A program made the translations under genes and the position numbers. Positions 1 to 12,475 of a stretch of DNA of 64,000 bases are shown piece by piece; within the stretch, counting starts at the first letter, position 1, and every line of letters starts with the position of its first letter. The notes below the pieces were generated by a model. The model worked only from the letters and a program-made list of their open reading frames with translations, was not told the origin of the DNA and ran no database searches. This stretch comes from Octopus bimaculoides (Eukaryota): contig NC_069002.1 in assembly GCF_001194135.2 (NCBI RefSeq), positions 36,222,485 through 36,286,484 on the forward strand, read 5' to 3'.

Positions 1-534
1 GGTGTATGTGTCTGCGTACGTGTGTGTGTGTGTGTATGTGTTTGTGTATGTGTGTCTGTGTGAGTCTAATTGAAACTCATGTCCGTCCGTTGACGTTGAA
101 GGATTCCAATGTAAACTGACGCGTAAAATTGTTTCATTGTATTCTGCCAAAAAAAAAGTTTTCTTGTTGCGTTCATGTCACCAATCTCACGGGCTGGAAT
201 TACGACGTGGCTTGGCAACAAAACAGATGGGAATAAAATTTTGGTTAATCGCTAGAGATATTTGTCTGGAACGATCAATAAGAAAATGTCAACTAGAGAC
301 TCGAAGTTTAATTTGGCGAAGACGCAACCAGTTCTTCGGATTAAAGCACGTCTGAGTTAAAATCTTTTACATGATTTTTCATCTTTAATGTGGTAAAGCC
401 ATACTCTTGCTTAGTTTCAAAAATCGATCGGTAATTTAATTTGTTATATTTAATAGGGGAAAGAAAGACTCAAATGAATTGGTTTTAAAGTGAAACAAAC
501 AAGTTTTTCTACTGTAAGGCCTGACATTTTGGGA

Positions 535-690
535 AAGGGAACAAGTCAGCCCAAGTGGTTAACTGGTACTTTTTTTATTGACCACCAATGGGTGAAAGGT
601 AAAGTCGACCTCGGCGGAATTTGAACTCAGAACGTAAAGCCGGAAGTAATACCGCTAAGCACTTTGAGCGTCATGTTATCGATTCTACTA
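535..690 (-). mobile_element. Abundant tRNA-derived SINE (GGTCGACTTTGCCTTTCATCC core)
   Basis: Core motif in reverse orientation; about 18 copies in the window. Confidence 0.8.
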
Positions 691-820
691 ACTCATCTTG
701 AATGAAACAAAAAATAAAACATACCAACGCACACACTTACACATAGATACATGTACACACCACCACACACATATACACACAGAAATATACAGCAAAATAG
801 TTTTTATACTGCCTCCATCA

Positions 821-1140
821 CTAATAAATATTTTTTAACAAGCTCATTGGATAATCGCGATACCAGCGCCTGTTCTGGCACCGTATTCCTGTATATCGTT
901 GACAAGGAGATGAATCGCTGCTATTTCTATCGGTCGAGCGTCCATCGATGACGAGACCAAGGAACATCAAAATCACGTAATCTGGTGGTTTCGGCGCTGG
1001 AAGTCGTAGGGATTTATCTCCCCGCTAGCGATATAAACAATAGTGTATTTTGCATCAAAAGCCGATATGAGAATTTCTCACGTAGTAGCTACCACAGTAT
1101 AGTGTGTTACGTTTAAGTGGGGATAAATATTAACTCACAG
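821..1140 (+). mobile_element. Hammerhead-bearing repeat family, copy 1 (segments A-HHR-B-C)
   Basis: Shares segments with 8876-9078 and 31380-31625 (both reverse); decayed ribozyme at 942-988. Confidence 0.6.
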
Positions 1141-1664
1141 GAAAATAGTCCTGTTGTATAAAATGGTTAGAAAAATACTAAATCTGAAAGTTTCAGCCTG
1201 AGAAAGAATATGAGGACTTGAGGCGTACTAAAAACAGCATGAGTCACATCTCCCTCAAATCTCGAGTACCTTAACGCCATATTGCCTTATAACATCCTAA
1301 ATACACTACAACTGAAAGAAAAAAAAGACAGGAGTTAGGGATAAAATGCCTTTGAGCATACACCTGATCTGCCAGGGTTTCAAACAACAGCATCGTTATC
1401 ATCAAGAATCAAAAGAACGGACTGAACGGCAGGAACAACTTCTAGAACGGTAAGAACATCATCGATATAGTGACTAAAATAACGACTACGGTAGCGTGCG
1501 ACAAGCACAGCAACAACAACAAAAGCAATGAGAAGAATATATGCAATGAAAAAGATGATTGCCAAGTCGCAAAGAATTTCTTGTAAAAGAAAATGTTATT
1601 TCCAATTTTCTTACACACATGCAAACACACAGATGTATTTTTTCATTGATATACATATATCTGG

Positions 1665-1699
<35 letters not shown>

Positions 1700-2374
1700 A
1701 TGTGCGTATATAAAATGTGTGTGTGTTCGTGTGTACTACATCTGAAATGTCTCTGCTCTAGCAGCATGATACAATATCGTGTAAGATATCGTAATTGCCT
1801 GCATGCTATGATGCAATAATGTTATTGAAAATATAAAGCTTAAAGAATCTCTTGAGCTCAATCGAAGGTTTCGTATTCCCTTTTCTTTGTCCTTTATTTC
1901 CAATTATAATCATCGTAGCATTTGCAGTATCGAGAATTATTGACAACAGTCACATATAGAGACCATATTTGATATGAGACATTAAGTTTTCTTATTATTG
2001 TGTGCATATATGCACACACACACGCATACATACACATACATCCTCATATGTAACCACCTACAGGGACTTGCTCGTTGTGTTTATGCTATTGAAACATCTA
2101 AGCTTTCATATTGTGTATTTTACTCTAAGAGCATAGAATTTGGACTGTTAAGAATTATGAGCTGTGGTACTTCGAGAGTTAAAGAAAAGCAGATAAGAGT
2201 TCTATACGGAATTTTAAAATAGTGTAAATGTGTAAGAAAGGAAAAGAAAAACTCTAAGAAAATTCGTGAAAAATGTAATTTTGTGTGTTAATGTTGTTGT
2301 TACTGTTGTCGGCTCACTCCAAACCAATCATGATAATGAAGATCCATTATCATATCCGGTCTTGCGGTGAATAT

Positions 2375-2536
2375 TAAATTGATCCCAGTGCTCAACCGGT
2401 ACTTATTCTATTGACCCAGAAAGGGTGAAAGGCAAAGTCGACCTCGGCTGCATTTGATCCTAGAATACAAAGACGGACGAAATTACGCTATGTATTTCAG
2501 CCGGCGTGTAAACCATTCAGACAGCTCGCTGCCTTA
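2375..2536 (-). mobile_element. Abundant SINE copy
   Basis: GGCAAAGTCGACCTCGGC core. Confidence 0.8.
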
Positions 2537-2879
2537 GATATCCAGAAATATATTGACCTTCCTTGTTCCCAAATCGTACCTTCAGGTAACAGAAAGACTA
2601 GGCTATTTCTAACAGGTGGAGTGACCACTTACAGGATCTCTCTTGTTGGCTCAATAAACTTGTGTGTCATGAAAACTTGTGACTGCTGATGTTTTGATCG
2701 AGAGTGCATTCATTCAATTAAAAGCACGTTACTTTGGAATGGGTGATGTTAAAATCTGTCGCAATGAGGTCATGGATGTTTAATGGTTTGGATGAGTATT
2801 GCGGAAGGGGCAAAAACTCCTGGAATATGTCATATACGCGCAATACTTAGTTTTCATCTTCGATCTCATTGATATCGTT

Positions 2880-3072
2880 TCTTATTTCTTTATTACCCAC
2901 AAGGGGCTAAACATAGAGGGGGCAAACAAGGACAGACAAAGGGATTAAGTCGATTACATCGACCTCAGTGCATAATTGGTACTTAATTTATCGACCCCGA
3001 AAGGATGAAAGGCAAAGTTGACCTCGGCAGAATTTGAACTCAGAACGTAACGGCCGACGAAACACCGATAAG
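2880..3072 (-). mobile_element. Abundant SINE copy with long 3' tail
   Basis: Core plus GGGGCTAAACATAGAGG tail, also at 56780 and 63970. Confidence 0.85.
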
Positions 3073-3869
3073 CATATAGATGTGTGCATATTTTACTAAA
3101 GTTCATTTAAACTCTTCGTCACGGCATTACATGCTGCCCCATGAACAAATATCTATCTATCTTTCTTTCAATCTAGCTGTGTGTGTGCGTGCGTGTCTAA
3201 AATCCACTCACAATGCATCTGTGAAGAAGGAAAACACACGGTTGCAAATCAGACTTCCTAACCACGCAGTCATAACTAAGCGGATTTGTGAAGAGTGTGC
3301 ACGTTAATAGGTGTATGTGTGTGTGTGTGAAGACATGCTTGTATATGTGAGTGTAGAATTGCGAGTATGCGCACGGGTGTTCTTATAATGTACGAACATA
3401 TGTATGTACAAACGTGCATGTATCCATGCCATATGAATACATGTAATGTAATGTATGCGTGTGTGTATAATCCTTCTGGAATATGGGTAACATTGGGAAT
3501 GTTTTAGAAATCTTCACTCAGCCACCAATCGATTAGATTTCTACGAAGCGAGTCAGTTTGCTTTGACGTCGAGGAGAAAGTTCAGGCTCTCGCACGGGAC
3601 TTGTTTTATGCAAACCTGAAATTACATGGCCCAAGGTACACAGAAGAATTTATACTCAGAGTATAAAAGTTATGGACGACACTCCTATTGAAGAAGACGG
3701 TCGATGGTTATACAATTTCTTGTTAAGCAACTACATAGGTAATCTATTTATAGTGGTCAAGTATTTATACCATACATTACTTGATTCTATCCATCAGATC
3801 TTCTTTGCATGTACAGGTGTACGGTGGGCGGGGCGGGGTGGAGACACACCGGTGTGTGTGTGTGTTTAT

Positions 3870-5620
3870 AGCTAGAATATAATTTTCTCAAGAATTTCTC
3901 TTAGACGTTCTTTCTTTTCAAAGACTTTTGACGAGAAGTTCTCAAAATGTGGACAGCCGGGTTCAATAGCAGAGACTGACTTTTGATCTTTGTCCCCGTA
4001 AAAATATCTGATTTATTGTACTTGGCTCGGATTTTCTATATTATTCATGAGTTTTCAAGCAATATTTACATCTTGATTCTGGTACGTCTATGTTATGGCC
4101 GTCAGGACAATGAATCCGACTGATTGTATTGTGAATTGTTTTTGGTAACAATAGTGTATCTGATGGAAATATTGTGCCCTACAGAAATATCTTGACAATA
4201 ATTGACATTGTAAAAGATCCTTTCCTCATTGGTTTGACACAATCAATACTTTCTATCGCAAACTGGTTCGGAGGCATACTTTTCCCTTTTGTCCATCAAC
4301 TAACTCATGTCCCTGAATAGCAAAGATGCAGCATTGTACTTGTGATGTGAGATACTTATCACAGATCCATGAAAAGCTACTCTTTCTGCTAAAAGTTATT
4401 GATATCTTTTACGCTGTGGAATATATATATCAATGCTGATGAATTGATGAGTGTTTGTCATCTACTCTATTAAGTAAATTTGTGTAGCTTCTTGAGACGC
4501 ATGGAGTAGTTGTGCGCGCAGTTTTCCTATTCTGGAATTCTTCTACTCGCAAAAATTTAATGTTTTCGCGATTGTATAACCATCAGATCTAGGTGTTGTG
4601 TGAGCGATTCGATGCAACACTCAAACGTAGTTAGACCTGAACTTATGCTACGACCCACGACCCTACGATTAACGCAGATGAGGTTAGCGACACTAACAAA
4701 GTCATTATTGATGTGTATTTCTTTAAAGGTATCTCAAATATTTGCTCCAGCATTGACACAGTGACAGTAGTAGAGCTTTGATCTTATTGAATACTGACAG
4801 TTCTAACATCGATGCGTTCCGAAATTTGTTGAAGTATTCCTTTGTCGCACCATTGTATGCAAAATTCTCATAGATACCGAGACCTACGTTAGAAACAAGG
4901 GAGTTAGACAGGTTAATTGATATTCATATTCTGTGTCTGGTCAATAATCTACCTTCATTAACTACCAAATACGAACAAATGTTGATATGAACTCCATTCC
5001 TGTGTCCTGTGAGTATTATAGTAGCCAACTCCATCTGTCTCTCGGTATGGAAAAACACTAAGTAAATAGAGCTTCCGGCCATTGATATAATCAATGGTTG
5101 TAATATTCATTATTGTTGCTCCTCGGCTGATACGAATCTGTAGGTTTGACGTTTCTCTGTCAGTGCTGATTAATTATTCACTGTAAGAACGTACAGTTGT
5201 ACTGATTAACTGTCACCTAGGAATATTCCTGTTGAAAATCTGATTCTATTAATAATTAGTGGAGTCGCTTCAATTCTTAGTGGCAGCACTGTTGAATTTA
5301 TGTTATTCAAACTTTTGTTAGCATAGACTATGGCCATAGAAACCTTGGTCAGATACATTGCGAGAAAAAGCAGACCGCTTTTCAATGGTTGAGCTATATT
5401 CTTTTCTCACTTCCTTGGAGAACTTCGTTGATGCAGGAACAAATTTGGGCCACAAATTCACTCTTTCCCCCTAGTTTACTCACCAGTTACTATAATATCT
5501 TAAAGGAATATTGGAGAAGCAACTATGTGCAGTACATTCATCGCAAACATTTTACAGGTCTGCTACATACGTCTCTATAGTCCTAGATACGAGCGTTAAA
5601 TCTCGTGTATTTTCTTTAAC
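3870..5620 (-). mobile_element. Decayed RLE-type non-LTR retrotransposon (R4/Dong-like)
   Basis: Minus-strand remnants in the expected order: RPVKCL (RPITCL), LGIYEN..KEYF, GR..TFEC.I.SL.QHL, QCCIFAIQ..LCQTNEE (CCHC region), DKDQKSVSAIEPGCP (endonuclease); many stops and frameshifts. Confidence 0.6.
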
Positions 5621-6559
5621 AGGTGGACAGGGATTTACTGTTAAACATGAGCTCCCTATGCGAGTATACGATTATACATTTGACAGATTTTCAACACTCA
5701 TCAAGAATGTTTTGCTGGACACATTTCGTATATTAGATATTTGCACAATATTCGATCCGTAGTATTTTAGCTCTATCTTACTTGGTCATATTGCTTATTT
5801 ACATTCAGTATTGACACCGACAATAATAGGCCATTCCGAATAGTATATATGCATGCCGATATCTATCTATCTATCTCTGCATATAAATAAACAAACACTC
5901 ACATACACACATATACTAACACAAGATATAAATATTTATGACTTTCTAGCTTACGTGTTTAAATGTCTCTCCAACAGAAAAAAAGATCCCGTTTGTAAGA
6001 AGCAAGAATTTTTGATTGGTGTTTAATTATTTGAATTCTTTTTAAAAATAGAATTTGATCTCTCACAAAGAAACAAATAATTGTCGTTGGAATCTGGTAT
6101 AACGAAGACTATACGCGATATATGTTGAAATTTTTACAGTTCCGCTAACGGATGACATTTAAGATGTGCGTGCTAAGGGTCCAGTAATGTCGACTGAAGA
6201 CAGTTTTTTTTCTGATTAATTCTTAGATATTTTACTAAGATCGCTTAGTGCATCAATAATTTTTGACGTGAATGTGAATTTATAGAGAAAATTATTAACA
6301 CAGCCGCGTGTACGAATAAGTAAATTGCATGAATATGAATTTATAATCAGATAAGACAAGCTATAATTTGAAATCAAAGATTACAGTTTTTTTCCGGTTC
6401 ATACAACTATATAAGGTCTGTTACATTTGCAATTGGCGAAGTTTTAATGAGAATTTTCCACCAATAACTCTTCTTTTGATATAAGTTTAAAAATAGAAGC
6501 ATGCCTGTATGTATGTGTATGCATGTATGTATATTCGTATTTGGCTTCCTCTTTTTAAC

Positions 6560-7200
6560 TTTAGAATAAATTTTAACCGGTCCCTAGTTGGTAGCAACCT
6601 TTTGAAGGGACGAATCTGATTCTAGCCATCATCCTCTAAACCTTCAGAAAGCCTTGCAGATGTTTATAATCCCAGATATCGTGATTATTTGTTGCATATG
6701 AATTAAGGATTTGTATTTTCTCCCTAACAACCAAAGTTTAGCCATACTTTAGCCCAGACGGTTTGGCATGTATCCTGCCTCTCCAATAATTGCATCCTGA
6801 TGCTCTTTGATCAAGAATTCTATTCCTATCTCCGAGTACTTCTTCTTACGTGGCTTGTGTACACCGAGAAATCTTAGTATGGGCACCAGCTCCTCATTTT
6901 CATTGCATTAACTGAATACATCTATGCTTCTGTTTTGATCCACTTTGTCGAAAATCCTACCATTCACCGCATACGTATTCAGGTTCAAGATTAGTTGTAG
7001 GCAGCTTTCTATTTGGGCCAGTATCACTTGCTCTACCCGCAAGGTTTTCATACTTATTCATTTGTATGTGAGCATTTTTATTCTGCCTATTCTTCCAAAT
7101 CTGACACTGGTTCATTCGCATCCAGATTTCTGTGAAACTTTCTTCTGAGAGCTCCATTTCCATGGACATTTTAGTAGAGTCTTCGAGGGATTTCCTCTTC
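6560..7200 (-). mobile_element. Possible highly decayed LINE reverse transcriptase remnant
   Basis: NENEELVPILR..KYSEIGIEF resembles the AKNEKELETL..YSQDIGMEF segment of R4/Dong-like RTs; weak. Confidence 0.3.
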
Positions 7201-7733
7201 GTGGTAATACGTTTATTATAACTGATAAGTTAACTGGCTCCCATAGATTCGCATAAATGTAACGGTATCTTATAAATTTTAAATGCTGGGTTTTAAAAAC
7301 ACGGTTGATAAGACACCAAGATTATTACCAGTAAGAATGAAGAATATTTAAATAAATTGAGACTCACATCGTCAGCCTGCGGAAAATGCTATTCTCTTAT
7401 TCTATTTATATGCTAAGAATGAGTCTTGAAATTTAAGAAGACTTCAGGATAATCAAGATAACATCCTAGATAATTAAAATGGCATGTAGTAACTTGGCAA
7501 TAATAATAATAATAATAAATGGTTTCTAATTTTGGTAAATAGTTATGTTCTCCAGCCGGTTTCTACGAGGCAAAGTCGGACATCCAATATGCTAGAAAGA
7601 GGTCATCAATGACCCAACCACAAAGAAAAATAATGTTCTCTGTGGTCATCCCTTATACACGTGCAATACAATTTTTTCTGAATTTTCAGATTTTTTTATA
7701 TGCTAGGCCACTTGGTTTTAAATTAAATTAATA

Positions 7734-8480
7734 NNNNNNNNNNNNNNNNNNNNNNNNNNNNNNNNNNNNNNNNNNNNNNNNNNNNNNNNNNNNNNNNNNN
7801 NNNNNNNNNNNNNNNNNNNNNNNNNNNNNNNNNNNNNNNNNNNNNNNNNNNNNNNNNNNNNNNNNNNNNNNNNNNNNNNNNNNNNNNNNNNNNNNNNNNN
7901 NNNNNNNNNNNNNNNNNNNNNNNNNNNNNNNNNNNNNNNNNNNNNNNNNNNNNNNNNNNNNNNNNNNNNNNNNNNNNNNNNNNNNNNNNNNNNNNNNNNN
8001 NNNNNNNNNNNNNNNNNNNNNNNNNNNNNNNNNNNNNNNNNNNNNNNNNNNNNNNNNNNNNNNNNNNNNNNNNNNNNNNNNNNNNNNNNNNNNNNNNNNN
8101 NNNNNNNNNNNNNNNNNNNNNNNNNNNNNNNNNNNNNNNNNNNNNNNNNNNNNNNNNNNNNNNNNNNNNNNNNNNNNNNNNNNNNNNNNNNNNNNNNNNN
8201 NNNNNNNNNNNNNNNNNNNNNNNNNNNNNNNNNNNNNNNNNNNNNNNNNNNNNNNNNNNNNNNNNNNNNNNNNNNNNNNNNNNNNNNNNNNNNNNNNNNN
8301 NNNNNNNNNNNNNNNNNNNNNNNNNNNNNNNNNNNNNNNNNNNNNNNNNNNNNNNNNNNNNNNNNNNNNNNNNNNNNNNNNNNNNNNNNNNNNNNNNNNN
8401 NNNNNNNNNNNNNNNNNNNNNNNNNNNNNNNNNNNNNNNNNNNNNNNNNNNNNNNNNNNNNNNNNNNNNNNNNNNNNNNN
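7734..8480. other. Assembly gap
   Basis: Run of N. Confidence 1.
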
Positions 8481-8595
8481 ATATATATATATATATAGGT
8501 TTGTGTGTGTGTGTGTATATAAAGACACCAGCTGCAAGTGATTATCTGCAATCGATATATTCATCATTGTGTAGAATATATATTCTTTTCTGTTC

Positions 8596-8737
8596 TAGGC
8601 ACAACGCCCGATATTTTAGGGGAGGGAGCGAGTCCATTAGATCGACCCCAGTACGCAACTGGTACTTAATTTATCGACTCCGAAAGGATGAAAAGCAAAG
8701 TTGACCTCAGCGGAATTTGAACTCAGAACGTAAAGAC
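8596..8737 (-). mobile_element. Abundant SINE copy
   Basis: Core motif. Confidence 0.8.
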
Positions 8738-8875
8738 GTGTGGAATATGTAATCATTATACTGTTGTTTCTCGTATTTTCTTGAATAATTACTGGATAAA
8801 CGGTAACAAATACATGTCAATGACTTTTGAGATGTTTATGTTTTTATTAGAACTCACACCATTATATTCTTTATC

Positions 8876-9078
8876 TTGACCGCTAGAGATAGCAGCGACT
8901 CATCCCCCCTCTCGCCTGCGATATATAGAAAAACAGTGCCAGAACAGGCGCCGGTGTCGAGGTTAGCCAATGAGCTTGTTAAAAAAGATATATTAGCCAC
9001 AGATGCAAAATGCGAGCTTGTTTATATCATTAGCGGGGGGATAAATCTCCGCCATCTCCAGCACAGAAACTACAAGAT
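8876..9078 (-). mobile_element. Hammerhead-bearing repeat family, copy 2 (permuted order B-A)
   Basis: The reverse complement matches 980-1056 first and then 821-938, roughly 80% identity by eye. Confidence 0.6.
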
Positions 9079-9942
9079 ATTTGGGTTTACAGCTGTATCA
9101 TAAATGAAAAACATAATCGCCGACGCCGACGCTAAAATGATAAAAAAGTTCGCGTGACATGGATTGAGAATGTTATCAAAATTTCTCTGCTTGGCCTGTG
9201 TTGTCCAACTTGCATTGCAGATAACACTAGGCTGAAGAAAGTTCAGAGGAAATGAAGTGTGTTGTCGTTTGCATTGCAAAAGAAGTTGGAGAAGGTATCG
9301 ACATGTAGGTCGCCAATAAAGAAAGGCTGCATTTTCGGGCAAAAAATATTTATGCTTTCAGTTGTAAAGATTAATTACCTTGCCGATGTGACTGATGTAT
9401 TGGACCCGTTTTTATCTGTACAATCAGTGAAAGAGGGTGACATTTACGTTCCATTAATTCTCAATTTGCCGCTTCTTTACTGACATCACGAATTTACAAG
9501 ATATTTGGTGTGCATGCTCATAATAATAAGCTTTTGTAATCTAGAAAAGTCAGAGTTGCTTCCACAGGCATGCACACATTTACTCTCTCTCTCTCTATAT
9601 ATATATACATATATATATATACATATATATACATACATATATATATACATATATATATATATATCAGGGACGTGCCGCCTGGGTAGGCAAGGTAGGCAGT
9701 ACCTACCTTGAATAAAATAGATCGATAGCAGCATTTTTTTTTATGGCAGAATATGCACTCAATTCAATAAAGTTATGACGGATATTCTGATTACAATGCA
9801 TAACCTGCAAAAGATTTTTTTTTTTGTAGATTAGTTGGGCATAATTCGCCCCTGCCTTTTAATCTCAGTAGTTAAGCTACGTATAATATTGCTGTAGTAC
9901 ACGTGCTGCGTGCATTCCTACAACAACGTTTTCTTTATGTGC

Positions 9943-9978
9943 TATAAAGGCAGAAGTAAATCTGTCTTCAGCTCAGTC
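9943..9978 (+). promoter_or_regulatory. Core promoter of the agatoxin-like gene (TATA plus initiator)
   Basis: TATAAA at 9943-9948 and TCAGTC (Inr-like) at 9973-9978, about 30-32 nt apart; E-boxes CACGTG at 9900-9905 and 10062-10067, CACCTG at 9982-9987. Confidence 0.65.
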
Positions 9979-10045
9979 GTACACCTGTGGTTTGCTTATC
10001 TTTTGTGTGTTTTACTACATAAAGATCACCAACTGCCTACCCTGA
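9975..10045 (+). other. Probable non-coding first exon (5' UTR)
   Basis: Runs from the Inr to a GA|GTAATT donor at 10046; the intron would end at the CACAG acceptor at 10420. Confidence 0.55.
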
Positions 10046-10071
10046 GTAATTACTGACGGCACACGTGTCTG

Positions 10072-10120
<49 letters not shown>

Positions 10121-10352
10121 CGAAGCTTGCTGGAAAGTTCTTGGCTTTGGGTTAATAAAAATACGGAAGGATCAGTTAATTCTGATTTTATTCAACACAT
10201 TCCACTCTCAGATTCACACAATTATTGCAGAAGTCCTTCGGTTTTCTTGAACCTTGTTGAAGGACTCGGAAGGTTGGGCCTCCAACCAAGCTTTTAAAAC
10301 TTTTAAATCCAGGATACCCTGGAAGCCAGTAGCTTTTCAGCATCCCTTCGAA
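10121..10352. mobile_element. Mariner-type MITE in intron 1 of the peptide gene
   Basis: Imperfect TIRs CGAAG(C/GG)ATGCTG(G/A)AAAG at both ends in a TA context. Confidence 0.5.
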
Positions 10353-10427
10353 CGTACATACATGCTTACATATATTGCCTATCTTCAATACCTTCTATTG
10401 TCGTTTCTTTATATTCACAGGTGCGTG

Positions 10428-10497
10428 ATGAAAACTATCATTGCTTTCTGTTTCTGCTTTTGCGTACTCATTTCATACGCCTTGTCGTATAACGAAG
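10428..10497 (+). CDS. Agatoxin-like (ICK/knottin) peptide precursor, coding exon 1: signal peptide MKTIIAFCFCFCVLISYALS|YNE
   Basis: Acceptor TTTATATTCACAG at 10420, ATG at 10428, hydrophobic h-region ending in A-L-S, donor G|GTAAGT at 10498; phase 1 matches the next exon. Confidence 0.9.
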
Positions 10498-10764
10498 GTA
10501 AGTACACACAACTCCCTACTACTTTTTTATGTGTATGTGTGCGTGAAAGTGAAAAAGAGAGAGAGAGAAAGCGCTAATCAGAGGAAGGAAGGTATTGCAT
10601 TGCTTCTTTTCAGATTGCCGGATGGGGCTCTATATTCATGTCTTCAGTTTGAACCCCTCTGGGTTTTTGATATATGGAAAGAAAAGTATGTATAATTAAG
10701 GCAAATATTAAATTGCCATGGAGTTGTCTTAAATAATAGTAATAATAATGTTAATAATAATTCT

Positions 10765-10978
10765 TTCTACTGGAAGCACAAGGCTTCAAATATGGGGAAA
10801 GGATTAAGTCGAATTCCATCGACCTCAGTGCGTTACTGGTACTTATTTAATCGACCCTGAAAGGATGAAAGGCAAAGTCGACCTCGGCGGAATTTGAATT
10901 CAGAATGTAAAAACGGACGAAATAGCGCAATGCATTTCACCTGGCGCGCTAACGATTTTGCCACCTCGACGCCTTAAC
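10765..10978 (-). mobile_element. Abundant SINE copy (intron 2)
   Basis: Core motif and head. Confidence 0.85.
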
Positions 10979-11354
10979 AACAACAATAAAAATTATAATA
11001 ATAATAATAATGAGTTATAGAGGAAATAGGCATAAAACCTAGTTTAATGCAATTGCAGAGAGCATTATTACTAGAGAAACTGTGGGCGTTACGCGATATA
11101 TTAAGAAATGCTAGAGACGTTGCGATTACTTAAAATAAACTCAAATAAATTCGACGTTTATAGAATGCAAGGATATAATCTTAAAAGTTATGTTTTAAGA
11201 AATGCAGCACGTAATGAAGACAATACGCCTACACATACGCAAGAAGCTACTACCAAGGCTGTTTCGAACCGTTATCATTACGCCCGTACTGGAGTCTTGT
11301 GCGCCTGAAGACGACTATGAGCCTTTCACAGATATTTGGTAATACCTGTTTTAA

Positions 11355-11742
11355 GGTGCTTTTGACTATTGGTGTGAGCTTCAGAAATAAGGTGGATGAG
11401 GAATTTTTTCCCAACCAAGCTCTTCGATCTTGTGTGATGTGATCTTTGCAGTGTGGGGCCGCGCATTGTCCTGATGAAACATCACTCCTTTTCGATTCAC
11501 TAAAGCGGATAATTTTTTCTTCAAAGCTTGGTTCAAACGCTCTAATTGCTGACAGTAGACTTGAACATTGATTGTTGCATTAGGTGGTAACAATTCAAAG
11601 TGAATTACTCCTTTGCAGTCCCACCAGATAGAGAGAAGAACCTTTTTCCTATGAAGTTCCCTTCTTGGTTGTGGTTGAGCTTTTCCGTTTTACCAAGCCA
11701 CTGTTTACGATGTTTAACATTTCAATAGAAGATCCATTTTTC
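11355..11742 (-). mobile_element. Mariner transposase fragment (DD34D domain)
   Basis: DEKWIFY, IWWDCKGVIHFELL, YCQQLERL, HQDNARPH, HPPY; interrupted by a SINE at 11742. Confidence 0.9.
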
Positions 11743-12267
11743 ATCCTAAGTTCAAATTCCGCAGAGGTCGACTTTGCCTGTCATTCCTTTCGAGATCGAT
11801 CAAATAAGCACCAGTTGAGCAATGGAGTCTTGATGTAATCGATTAGCCTCTTCATGAGAAATTACTGGACTTGTTACAAAATTTGAAACCAATACCTGAT
11901 ACAAAAATATTGTGGATAAGATTCCAAAGTTTGAAAATCTCGGGGAGAAATATTAGTTGAAGTTATTAGTGTGGAACCTGAGAGGGAAAGGGGTGAGAAA
12001 AGTAGAGCCGGATGTGTCGGGTTAACATGAGTGAAGTTGAGTGTTGTGTTAACTTGAGAGAAGATGCTTCGCGACTAACGACTGTAGAAGAGCATGTCAT
12101 TGCAGGAACTGAAGATTATGCATAGAGAGAGGGGGAAGAGAGAGAGAGAGAGAGGATGCAGCACATCTGTGGGGTCTATGGGTCAGAAGTTTTTATAGTG
12201 TGGTGGTGAGTATGTTTATAGGAATGACACATATTTAATAGATGTATTCTCTATTGAGATTATCGTA

Positions 12268-12475
12268 AGGCGGTGAGCTGGCAGAATCGTTAGCAAGCCG
12301 GGCAAAATCATAGCGGCATTTCGCCCGTCGTTACGTTCTGAGTTCAAATTCCGTCGAGGTCGACTTTGCCTTTCATCCTTTCGGTGTCTATAAATTAAGT
12401 ACCAGTTGCGTACTGGGGTCGATCTAATCGACTGGCCACCTCCCTCCAAAATCTCAGGCCCTGTGCATATAGTAG
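12268..12475 (+). mobile_element. Abundant SINE copy, full length (intron 2)
   Basis: Head GGCGGTGAGCTGGCAGAATCG, B box GAGTTCAAATTCC, (ATT)n tail. Confidence 0.85.

Noticed and set aside
1380-1565. Hydrophobic, membrane-like minus-strand ORF
   Set aside because: TTG start only and no splice context; it is the antisense of an AAC/AGC-rich low-complexity tract
7718-8567. ORFs of 277 and 279 aa
   Set aside because: They consist of N gap
9688-9710. 9-bp hairpin upstream of the promoter
   Set aside because: Looks like a small transposon-end remnant; no evidence of function
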